Both the position numbers and the translations under genes were made by a program. Shown piece after piece: positions 56,247-64,000 of a stretch of 64,000 bases of DNA (the stretch's first letter is position 1; the number at the start of each line of letters is the position of its first letter). The notes below the pieces were generated by a model, which was given only the letters and a program-made list of their open reading frames with translations, was not told where the DNA came from and did no database searches. Source of the DNA: Acidobacteriota bacterium (GTDB lineage Bacteria > Acidobacteriota > UBA890 > WLXD01); NCBI GenBank assembly GCA_965248695.1, contig CBDFKD010000002.1, positions 4,736,001 through 4,800,000 of the forward strand. Reading direction: 5' to 3'.

Positions 56247-57950
56247 ATGGATCCGATCCTGCTGGAGGTGCTGTGGAACCGTCTGATCGGCGTCGTCAAC
56301 GAGCAGGCCGCCGCCCTCATGCGGACCTCGTTCACCTCGGTGCTGCGGGAGGCCGGGGATCTGTCGGCAGGCATCTTCGATCGGCGCGGCCGCATGATCG
56401 CGCAAGCGGTCACCGGTACCCCGGGGCACATCAACTCGATGGCCACAAGCATGGGGCACTTCCTACGTGCCTTCCCGGTCGATTCGCTGCAGCCAGGAGA
56501 CGTGCTGGCAACCAACGATCCCTGGAAGACCGCCTCGCAGCTCAACGACATCACCGTCATCACGCCGATATTCCACCGATCCCGCCTGGTGGCGTTCTTC
56601 GGCAACACCTGTCACGCGCTCGATATCGGGGGCCGCGGTCTGTCGGCCGATTCGCGCCAGGTGTTCGAGGAGGGGCTCTTCATACCGATCATCAAGCTGC
56701 ACGATGCGGGGAGCCCGAACGAGACGCTGCTGGCGCTGCTGCGGGCCAACGTGCGGACACCCGACGAGGTGCTCGGCGACCTTCATGCCCAGGTGGTCGC
56801 CAATGAAGTGGGCGGTCACCAGCTCCTCAAGAGCCTGGCGGAGTTCGATCTGGCCGATATCGAGGATCTGTCCGACCTGATCGTCGAACGCTCGGAGGCG
56901 GCCATGCGCGAGCGGATCGCTGCGATCCCGGACGGCCAGTACGACTCCGAGGTGGTGTGCGACGGGTTCGAGGAACCGATCCGTATCCGCACGACGATCG
57001 TCGTCGACGGGGACTCGCTGCAGGTCGACTACGCGGGTACGTCGCCCGAAGTGGGGTGGGGGATCAACGTGGCGTTCAACTACAGCCACGCCTACACGAC
57101 GTACGGGGTGAAATGCGCCATCTCGCCCGATGTACCGAATAACGAAGGCAGCTTTCGGCCGGTGAGTGTGACGGCGCCGGCCGGGTGCATCCTCAACGCC
57201 CAGCCGCCAGCCGCGATCGGCGGCCGACACCTGATCGGCCACTACCTGCCCTGCGCCATCTTCGAGGCGCTCGCCGAGACGCTGCCCGACCAGGTCTCCG
57301 CTGCCGGCTTCGACAGCCTGTGGGACACCCAGGTTTACGGTCACGATACGCGCACGGATGAGCCGTTCAGCTACGTCTGGTTTTCCTCCGGTGGCACCGG
57401 TGCCATGGCGCATCGCGATGGTCTGTCCGCCACCGCGTTTCCGAGCGGCATCGCGGGCGTGCCTGTGGAGGTCATCGAAGCGGTATCCCCTGTGATGCTC
57501 GAGCGGCGCGCATTGTTGCCCGATTCGGGCGGACCAGGGCGATTCCGAGGCGGCCTCGGGCAGGTGATGAAGATCGCTGTGCGCACTGAGCGTCCCTATA
57601 TGTTCTCCGGCCTTTACGAGCGCGTCCAGTTTCCCGCACCGGGGCTTGCCGGAGGTGGAGCCGGGGCCCCGGGCGCCGTGCGTGCCAGCGGCGACACACC
57701 CGTCTACGCCAAGATCCGTGAGCAGCTGCCGGCCGGCACCGCGGTAACGATCGAGTTGCCGGGCGGCGGTGGCTACGGGCCCCCGGAGGAGCGCGATCCG
57801 GCCCTGGTGCTCGAGGACGTACTTGACGGCTACGTGTCGATCGAGCGTGCCCACGATGACTACAAGGTGGTCATCGACCAGGAGACGATGCAGCTGGACG
57901 CGACCGAGACGGCGCGGCTACGCGGGCAGGCTTCCTCTGGAGTGTCCTAA
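56247..57950 (+). CDS. Hydantoinase B / oxoprolinase family subunit
   Basis: 'DPILLEVLWNRL', 'RTSFTSVLREAGD', 'NDPW', 'DSGGPGRFRGGLG', 'PGGGGYGPP'. Confidence 0.95.
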   Translation: MDPILLEVLWNRLIGVVNEQAAALMRTSFTSVLREAGDLSAGIFDRRGRMIAQAVTGTPGHINSMATSMGHFLRAFPVDSLQPGDVLATNDPWKTASQLNDITVITPIFHRSRLVAFFGNTCHALDIGGRGLSADSRQVFEEGLFIPIIKLHDAGSPNETLLALLRANVRTPDEVLGDLHAQVVANEVGGHQLLKSLAEFDLADIEDLSDLIVERSEAAMRERIAAIPDGQYDSEVVCDGFEEPIRIRTTIVVDGDSLQVDYAGTSPEVGWGINVAFNYSHAYTTYGVKCAISPDVPNNEGSFRPVSVTAPAGCILNAQPPAAIGGRHLIGHYLPCAIFEALAETLPDQVSAAGFDSLWDTQVYGHDTRTDEPFSYVWFSSGGTGAMAHRDGLSATAFPSGIAGVPVEVIEAVSPVMLERRALLPDSGGPGRFRGGLGQVMKIAVRTERPYMFSGLYERVQFPAPGLAGGGAGAPGAVRASGDTPVYAKIREQLPAGTAVTIELPGGGGYGPPEERDPALVLEDVLDGYVSIERAHDDYKVVIDQETMQLDATETARLRGQASSGVS

Positions 57951-57971
57951 GGGGCACCGGTTCGGCGGCTC

Positions 57972-58016
57972 TTGACCTTCTATATATAGATGATCTATAT
58001 ATAGAAGGTCTATAGA
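57972..58016 (+). promoter_or_regulatory. Promoter/operator of the PadR operon: perfect 17-bp inverted repeat
   Basis: gaccttctatatataga-tga-tctatatatagaaggtc (57974-58010). It overlaps TTGACC (57972) and a TATATA -10-like hexamer, about 50 bp upstream of padR. Confidence 0.8.
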
Positions 58017-58061
58017 AGTGATCGACACGAATTCTCGAGCGACGCAGCGAGCGAGCATCCG

Positions 58062-58412
58062 ATGCCGGCCGATCCCACCGTCGAGGTTCAGAGCCTGACG
58101 CGCACGTGTAACGAGGCGCTGATTCTCGCGGCGTTGCGCGCTAGCCCAAAACACGGCTATCAGTTGGCGCTGGAGGTGGAGGCACGCGGCGGGGGCGGCT
58201 TTCGCCTGCAGCACGGGACGCTGTATCCGATTCTGCACAGGCTGGAAAAGCGAGGCCTGATCGACGGTACATGGTCGCAGGCGGATTCGGCTCGCCGGCG
58301 AAAGCTCTACACGCTGACCGCTGAGGGGCGTCGGTACGCGGCCCGCCAACTCGAGGCTTGGCGGTGCTTCGTGGATCGTTTCGTCGCCGCAACGGAGGAT
58401 TCGGAGGCATGA
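58062..58412 (+). CDS. PadR family transcriptional regulator (short type)
   Basis: 'ILAAL...PKHGYQL', 'GTLYPILHRLE..GLI...W', 'RRKLYTLT.EG'. Confidence 0.95.
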   Translation: MPADPTVEVQSLTRTCNEALILAALRASPKHGYQLALEVEARGGGGFRLQHGTLYPILHRLEKRGLIDGTWSQADSARRRKLYTLTAEGRRYAARQLEAWRCFVDRFVAATEDSEA

Positions 58413-58876
58413 TGAACGCCCGCGCCCGGACGGAGCCCGGCATGCCGAGCCGCTTCGCCGACATCATCAGCAAGACCGGTGACCGACTGCGGTTGCCGCT
58501 ACCAGCGCGCACGCGGATTCTGCTCGAGATCCACGCCGATCTCGAGGACCTCTACGAGTACTTCCGCACCCAGGGCATGTCCGATACTGATGCCCATGAA
58601 GAGGCGCTCCGTAGGTTCGATCTGTCCGACGCGGCTCTCATCGCCCTGCTGATCGGATCCCTCGGCTGGTGGCTGCAGGCGCTGGCGATCACGCATCGCG
58701 TGGCCGGCGCATCCGTCTCGGTATCCGACGTCGCCGCCGGGCTCGCCGCCGGGGCCGCCACCGCAGTCATCGCGATGACCGGCGCGCTGACCTGCTGCCT
58801 GATCTGGACGCTGCTCGCCCACAAAGTCGCAGCGGTGGAGCGAGCCGAGGCCGAGGTTCTGCTGGAGTCTGGATGA
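58409..58876 (+). CDS. PadR-associated membrane protein (HAAS-like N-terminal helical domain + 2 TM), possibly internally shortened
   Basis: ATGA overlap with padR. 'RILLEIHADLEDLYE...GMS...A...ALRRF' followed abruptly by hydrophobic segments. Confidence 0.6.
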   Translation: MMNARARTEPGMPSRFADIISKTGDRLRLPLPARTRILLEIHADLEDLYEYFRTQGMSDTDAHEEALRRFDLSDAALIALLIGSLGWWLQALAITHRVAGASVSVSDVAAGLAAGAATAVIAMTGALTCCLIWTLLAHKVAAVERAEAEVLLESG

Positions 58877-58921
58877 CCTGGCTCGAGTACGAGCTACCCC
58901 ACAACCACTGAGGAGGCACAC

Positions 58922-59299
58922 ATGCTGTCCACTTTCCAAACGATGGGGCCGTTCGCCTGGCCGCTACTCATCATCGCCGTTGCCAACCTGGCAATGATCG
59001 GCCTCCGGGCACGCGACCTCTACGGGTCCGGAGCGGCTTCGGATGCCCGGTTGGGCGCGCGCATCAACGCCGTCCTGTTCTGGGGCGTCGTGGCGCTGCT
59101 GCTCGGCTACCTCAGCCAGTACGCTGGCCTGTACTTGTCGATGACCGCCATCGCCCAGCTCGACGGAGTCAGCACCGGCCTGGTCGCAAAGGGGATCGCG
59201 GAGTCGATCATGGCGACGATCTTCGGTCTCGTCATCATGGTTCTGTCGAGCATCGCATGGTTCCTGCTGCGAGCACGCCACCGCAGTCTCGCGGCGTAG
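58922..59299 (+). CDS. Small MotA/TolQ/ExbB-like membrane protein
   Basis: GAGGAGG RBS, 3 TM segments, 'MGPFAWPLL', 'VAKGIAESIMATIFGL'. Confidence 0.7.
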   Translation: MLSTFQTMGPFAWPLLIIAVANLAMIGLRARDLYGSGAASDARLGARINAVLFWGVVALLLGYLSQYAGLYLSMTAIAQLDGVSTGLVAKGIAESIMATIFGLVIMVLSSIAWFLLRARHRSLAA

Positions 59300-59429
59300 T
59301 CGTTTCGCCGTCACAGACGGTCGCGCCCGCCAACGGCGAGGGATTGGAATCGGCGCGAGCCACGGAATAGTGTCTGCGGACAGCCGCACCCAAGCAGAGG
59401 TGCTTGCACGCCAACCTTGGGAGAACGTC

Positions 59430-61124
59430 ATGAGGTCGACTCGACTCTTTCGGTGCATTGCCGTGCTCGGCACCCTCCTGTCGTTGGCCTGTGCCGGACG
59501 CGAGGCCGATGATCCACAGGCGGCCCTGGCCGCGCGCAACGCCCTCGCCGCGCGTGCCGGAGCCCCGTTGTTCGATGGCATGGGCGACCATCACTACCCG
59601 GTCACCACTAGCGACGCCGATGCGCAGCGCTATTTCGACCAGGGTCTGGTGATCGATTTCGCCTTCAATCACGCCGAGTCCGTGCGCTCGTTCCGCGCCG
59701 CGCAGCGACTCGATGAGGGCTGCGCCATGTGCTACTGGGGCGAGGCGTTGGCGCTGGGCCCCAACATCAACGTGACCTTCAACGGCAAGGTCGTGATGGC
59801 CGACGAGGATCGGCTGGCGGCTCACGCCGCGGCGCAGAAAGCCGTCGCGCGCAACGGCAATGCGACGCCGAAGGAACGAGATCTCATCGACGCGCTGGCG
59901 GTCCGCTACAACGGTGACCCGACGACGGAGCGCGAGCCGCTCGACCTGGCGTACGCCGACGCGATGCGTCAGTTACATGCGAAGTACGCTGACGATGACG
60001 ACGTGGCAGCCCTGTTCGCGGAGTCGTTGATGAACACCATGCCGTGGGACTACTGGCTCGATCCCGAGAGCCCGAAGCCCGAGACGGTGGAGGTGATCGG
60101 CGCTCTCGAGGGGGTTCTCGCCCGGACGCCCGATCATCCGCTGGCCATCCACCTCTACATCCACGCGGTCGAGGCGTCGTCGTCGCCGGAGCGTGCCGAA
60201 GTGGGTGCCGACGTGCTCGTAAGTCTGGTGCCGGGCGCGGGGCACCTGGTGCACATGCCGGCGCACATCTACTGGCGAGTGGGTCGCTACCACGATGCCT
60301 CGGAGGTGAATGTCCTCGCCGCCGCGGTGGATGAGGCTTACATCGCAGCGTGCAACGCCCAGGGCTTTTACCCCGCTGCCTACTACCCCCACAACATTCA
60401 CTTCCTGTGGGCTGCGTCGACCATGGAGGGGCGCAGCGAGATCGCCATCGACGCGGGCCGTCGCGTCGCCGCCAACATCCAGTTGGAGATGATCGAACAG
60501 TTCCCCGGGGTCGAGTTCTTCCACACCATCCCGCTGCTCGCGCTGACACGATTCGGACGCTGGGACGACGTGCTGAGCGAGCCGCAACCGGCCGAGCAGC
60601 TGGATTTCTCCAACGCCATATGGCGCTACGCTCGCGCCACTGCCTACGCCGCCCAGGGTGATCTGACTGCGGCGAGGGCCGAGCGGCGAGTTCTCGTTGA
60701 GCTACTCGAAAGCGACAAGATCCATCACATCGACTCGGTCGACTATCCCGCCAGCTTGCTGCTGGCGATCGCCGACGCGCTGGTTCTCGGCGACATTGCC
60801 ATGACCGAGGGCGATCTCGGCGCGGCGGTGGGGCACTTCGAGCGCGCCGTCAGCACCCAGGACGAGCTTCCGTACACGGAGCCGCCGTTCTGGTACTACC
60901 CGACGCGGCAATCCCTGGGCCATGCGCTCCTGGCGAACGGCGACGCGGCTGCAGCCGAACAGATCTACCGCGACGATCTCGGCATACATCCGCGCAACGG
61001 CTGGTCCATGTTCGGGTTGGTGCAGAGCCTCGAGGCGCAAGGGAAGGACGCTACGGACGCCCGCGCGCGGTTCGAGCAGGTGTGGTCGTTGGCCGATGTG
61101 ACCCTGACTGGCTCGCGGATGTAG
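59430..61124 (+). CDS. TPR-like helical lipoprotein (conserved His-rich family)
   Basis: Lipobox 'LSLAC', 'AQRYFDQGL...FAFNHAES', 'HPLAIHLYIH', 'GHLVHMPAHIY', 'YYPHNIHF'. Confidence 0.8.
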   Translation: MRSTRLFRCIAVLGTLLSLACAGREADDPQAALAARNALAARAGAPLFDGMGDHHYPVTTSDADAQRYFDQGLVIDFAFNHAESVRSFRAAQRLDEGCAMCYWGEALALGPNINVTFNGKVVMADEDRLAAHAAAQKAVARNGNATPKERDLIDALAVRYNGDPTTEREPLDLAYADAMRQLHAKYADDDDVAALFAESLMNTMPWDYWLDPESPKPETVEVIGALEGVLARTPDHPLAIHLYIHAVEASSSPERAEVGADVLVSLVPGAGHLVHMPAHIYWRVGRYHDASEVNVLAAAVDEAYIAACNAQGFYPAAYYPHNIHFLWAASTMEGRSEIAIDAGRRVAANIQLEMIEQFPGVEFFHTIPLLALTRFGRWDDVLSEPQPAEQLDFSNAIWRYARATAYAAQGDLTAARAERRVLVELLESDKIHHIDSVDYPASLLLAIADALVLGDIAMTEGDLGAAVGHFERAVSTQDELPYTEPPFWYYPTRQSLGHALLANGDAAAAEQIYRDDLGIHPRNGWSMFGLVQSLEAQGKDATDARARFEQVWSLADVTLTGSRM

Positions 61125-61128
61125 AGGT

Positions 61129-62166
61129 ATGCGCGCGATGGTGCTCGGCGTGGCCGTTTCGATGGCGTCGCTTACCGCAGGTGCGGCTCACGCCCAGCAT
61201 AGGGTGATCTTCGACACCGACTTCGCCATGCCGCCGCAGGACGACGGCATGGCGCTGCTGCTGGCCTTGCAGTCACCGGAGCTGGAGATCGTTGGCATCA
61301 CCACGGTGGCCGGTAACTTCTCGCTCGAGCAGGCCAACGCCGATGTGCTGCGTTTACTGGAGATCGCCGGACGCGACGACGTGCCGGTCTACTCGGGCGC
61401 TGACATGCCGCTGGTGCACGAGAAGTCCGACTACGCGATGCAGAACCACGGCGAGTGGTGGTCGGACGCGCCACCGCGCGAGCCGACGGGCGGCTTCGCC
61501 GCCAAGACGCTCGAGGCCGCCGGCGCGGTCGAGTTCATGGTGCAAGCGGTGCGTCGCCACCCAGGCGAGATCACCGTCGTCGCCATCGGTCCGTTGACCA
61601 ACGTGGCGATGGCCATTCGCCACGACGCCGACTTCACCCGACAAGTGAAGAAGCTCTTCATCATGGGGGGCGCCATTGCCGCGTTTCCCGACGGACGCGG
61701 CAATGCCACGCCGAATGCCGAATTCAATTTCTGGGTCGATCCGGAGGCCGCCCACGCCGTGCTGCGCTCCGGAATTCCGATCGAGCTGTCGCCGCTCAAC
61801 GTGTCGCGCAAGACCGCTCTGGATCGGTCCGCATACGAGAGCATGGTGGCCACCGACACGCCGATCACTCGGCTGATTCGCCGTGCGATGGACCCACTCT
61901 TCGAACAGAATCCATCGAGGGTCTGGTTGATGTATGACCAGGTGGCGGTGGCGAGCCTGATCGATCCCACGCTGGTGAGCACGAAGGAGCTGTTCGTCGA
62001 CGTCGACATCAATCGCGGCATCAACTACGGCACCTCAGTTGGCGGCGAGCACATCTGGCCCGGGGCCGAGGGAGCTCGCCGAATGGCGGTTCAGTACGAC
62101 CTTGATTGGCCGCGGTTCATCGAAATGTTCGCCGAGCGGGTATCGAAGCCGTTCGCTGATCGCTGA
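61129..62166 (+). CDS. Nucleoside hydrolase (IU-NH family) with signal peptide
   Basis: 'IFDTD...QDD', 'ITTVAGN', 'IGPLTNVA', 'IMGG', 'AEFNFWVDPEAA'. Confidence 0.92.
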   Translation: MRAMVLGVAVSMASLTAGAAHAQHRVIFDTDFAMPPQDDGMALLLALQSPELEIVGITTVAGNFSLEQANADVLRLLEIAGRDDVPVYSGADMPLVHEKSDYAMQNHGEWWSDAPPREPTGGFAAKTLEAAGAVEFMVQAVRRHPGEITVVAIGPLTNVAMAIRHDADFTRQVKKLFIMGGAIAAFPDGRGNATPNAEFNFWVDPEAAHAVLRSGIPIELSPLNVSRKTALDRSAYESMVATDTPITRLIRRAMDPLFEQNPSRVWLMYDQVAVASLIDPTLVSTKELFVDVDINRGINYGTSVGGEHIWPGAEGARRMAVQYDLDWPRFIEMFAERVSKPFADR

Positions 62167-62194
62167 TCAGCTCGCGTACGGCGGTGGCGTGCGC

Positions 62195-62524
62195 TCAGTG
62201 CCCGACCGTGGACGAGAAGACGTTCATGACCACCAGGCCGACGAGGATCAACGCCATTCCCAGTATGGCCGGCGCGTCCGGGATCTCGTTGTAGACAACG
62301 GCTCCGGCGATGGCCACCAGCACGACACCCAACCCCGACCAGATCGCGTAGGTGATCCCTACCGGGATGCTCCGTACGACTGTCGACAGGCAGTAGAACG
62401 AGACGCTGTAGGCGATGACGACGACCAGGCTCGGGACCAACCGCGTGAATTCATCGGAAGCCTTCAACGACGTCGTCCCGATCACTTCGGCGACGATCGC
62501 GACGGCTAGATATACGTAGGCCAT
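62195..62524 (-). CDS. SMR family small multidrug efflux transporter (EmrE/QacE-like)
   Basis: 109 aa, 4 TM, conserved Glu in 'AIVAEVIGTTSLK', 'IPVGITYAIWSGLG'. Confidence 0.93.
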   Translation of the reverse strand: MAYVYLAVAIVAEVIGTTSLKASDEFTRLVPSLVVVIAYSVSFYCLSTVVRSIPVGITYAIWSGLGVVLVAIAGAVVYNEIPDAPAILGMALILVGLVVMNVFSSTVGH

Positions 62525-62656
62525 TTCATCTCCAGAAGTCGTTGGTTTCCGAGCTGTTCGGTGTCGGCGGGAAGCGCCGTGCCCGATGCACCTTGCCCGT
62601 TCCGCACGGCTAGGGCAAAGTGCAGCGAGGCATCGAGACATAGGAGGCTTGCAGCG

Positions 62657-64000
62657 ATGACGACCGTCGACGGGAGAGTTGGGAGCCGGCTCCTGAAGCT
62701 GGGCGTGGTGGTGCTCACCGGGCTGGCGGCCGTCAGCGCCGGAGCGACACCCGGCCAGCGCGCCTCGATGCAAGACTCAGGGGGGCGCATCCTGCCGCCT
62801 CAGGGAGACTATGAGGTCAGCGTCCGGCGCAGCATCATGGTGCCGATGCGCGACGGCGTCGAGCTGTCGACGGACCTGTATTTCCCCGAGGGCGCCGGCG
62901 ACAAGCTGCCGGTCATTCTGCTGCGGACCCCCTATGACAAGAACAACTACTGGCGTTCTGAACGCGGTGCCCCGTACATCTTTGGCAAACACGGGTATGC
63001 CGTCGCGGTGCAGGACAAGCGCGGCAAGTTCGAGTCGTATCAGGGGCGCTACGCGATGTACAACCGCGACGGTCTCGACGGCTATGACACCGTGGACTGG
63101 CTCGCGGCGCAATCGTGGTCCAACGGCAAGGTGGGGACCTACGGCTGTTCCTACCTCGGCGACGTGCAGATACTGCAATCACGGCACCGCAACCCGCACC
63201 TGACAGCGATGGTTCCGCAACACTCGGGCGGTTCGTACGGTGCGATCGACGGACGGGTTCGCTACGGTGGCATCTTTGCCGGTGGGGCTCTGGAGCTGGC
63301 GTACGGTTTCGGTTGGTTCTGGGGCGCGGGCAACAAGATCTACTACGGTCCGCCGGAGGGGATGGACGCCTCGGAGTGGTTCACCTCGGGCCAGGCGGAG
63401 TTGTTCCAGCAGCGACCGACGTTACCCGAGATCGACTACGAGCAGACCTGGAACACGCTGCCTGTCATCGACATGATCCGCGCTCAGGGCGGCCCACTGA
63501 CCGACTGGGAAGATCTGCTCGAAGCCGACCTGGTCGGCCCGTACTGGGACGACTTCAGCTACCTGCGCGACGACGATCAGTTCGATGTGCCGGCGTTGTT
63601 CATCAACTCTTGGTACGACTACGGAACCCGTGATCTGTTCCACGAGTTCAACCTTCTGCGCCGCAATGCCATGAGCGAGCGCGGCCGCGACAACCAGTTC
63701 ATCATCACATCGCCCTCGACCCACTGCGGCTCCGAGCGTGCCACCGAGCACACCATCATCGGCGAACGCGACATGGGCGACGCGCGCAAGAACTTCTGGC
63801 GTATCTATCTCGACTGGTTCGATCACTGGCTCAAGGGTGTCGACAACGGCGTCACCGAGATGGCCAAGGTGCAGTACTACCTGATGGGTGCGAACGAATG
63901 GCGCGAGGCACAGGAGTGGCCGATCGCAAGCACCGAGTTCACACCGTTCTACCTGCACAGCGACGGCCGCGCCAACGGCCGGTTCGGTTCCGGCGAGTTG
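62657..64000 (+). CDS. CocE/NonD family hydrolase (runs off the window end; absent from the ORF track)
   Basis: My translation from AGGAGG-ATG 62657 gives a signal peptide, 'MVPMRDGVELSTDLY', 'RTPY', 'QDKRGK', 'WSNGKVGTYGCSYLG' and 'SWYD'. Confidence 0.92.
   Translation, partial: MTTVDGRVGSRLLKLGVVVLTGLAAVSAGATPGQRASMQDSGGRILPPQGDYEVSVRRSIMVPMRDGVELSTDLYFPEGAGDKLPVILLRTPYDKNNYWRSERGAPYIFGKHGYAVAVQDKRGKFESYQGRYAMYNRDGLDGYDTVDWLAAQSWSNGKVGTYGCSYLGDVQILQSRHRNPHLTAMVPQHSGGSYGAIDGRVRYGGIFAGGALELAYGFGWFWGAGNKIYYGPPEGMDASEWFTSGQAELFQQRPTLPEIDYEQTWNTLPVIDMIRAQGGPLTDWEDLLEADLVGPYWDDFSYLRDDDQFDVPALFINSWYDYGTRDLFHEFNLLRRNAMSERGRDNQFIITSPSTHCGSERATEHTIIGERDMGDARKNFWRIYLDWFDHWLKGVDNGVTEMAKVQYYLMGANEWREAQEWPIASTEFTPFYLHSDGRANGRFGSGEL

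Noticed and set aside
62195-62524. Integron-associated qacE cassette
   Set aside because: No integrase or attC-like structure is evident; it looks like an ordinary chromosomal SMR gene.

Overview
A GC-rich (roughly two-thirds by eye), gene-dense bacterial chromosome segment with about 55 genes. I saw no rRNA, tRNA, CRISPR array, transposase, integrase or phage genes. The gene content suggests Acidobacteriota or a similar lineage, by inference only: a DUF1592/DUF1552/ankyrin operon, a DUF5916 protein, a PD40-amidohydrolase, 'YxxEAGS'-type FN3 repeats and many exported oxidoreductases and hydrolases. Main blocks: a type III PKS / methyltransferase / FAD-oxidoreductase cluster facing a chalcone-isomerase-like gene; a secreted operon built around a cytochrome c-copper monooxygenase (PHM-like) fusion; two molybdenum-hydroxylase gene pairs; a stand-alone Venus-flytrap protein with animal/plant receptor-like motifs; a Rieske/cupin cluster; amine and amino-acid catabolic genes; an itaconate/methylsuccinate-like CoA cluster; a hydantoinase/oxoprolinase pair; and a PadR operon with a perfect AT-rich palindrome. 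The most unusual signal is in the right half of the window: several 'hollowed-out' genes keep their start, RBS or translational coupling, and natural stop but appear to have lost most of their interior (TPP enzyme, S9 peptidase, GDSL-FN3 protein, possibly a PadR-linked membrane protein). A nonsense-interrupted GDPD and a GNAT remnant lie in the same region. All family calls come from motif recognition by eye, not from database searches.
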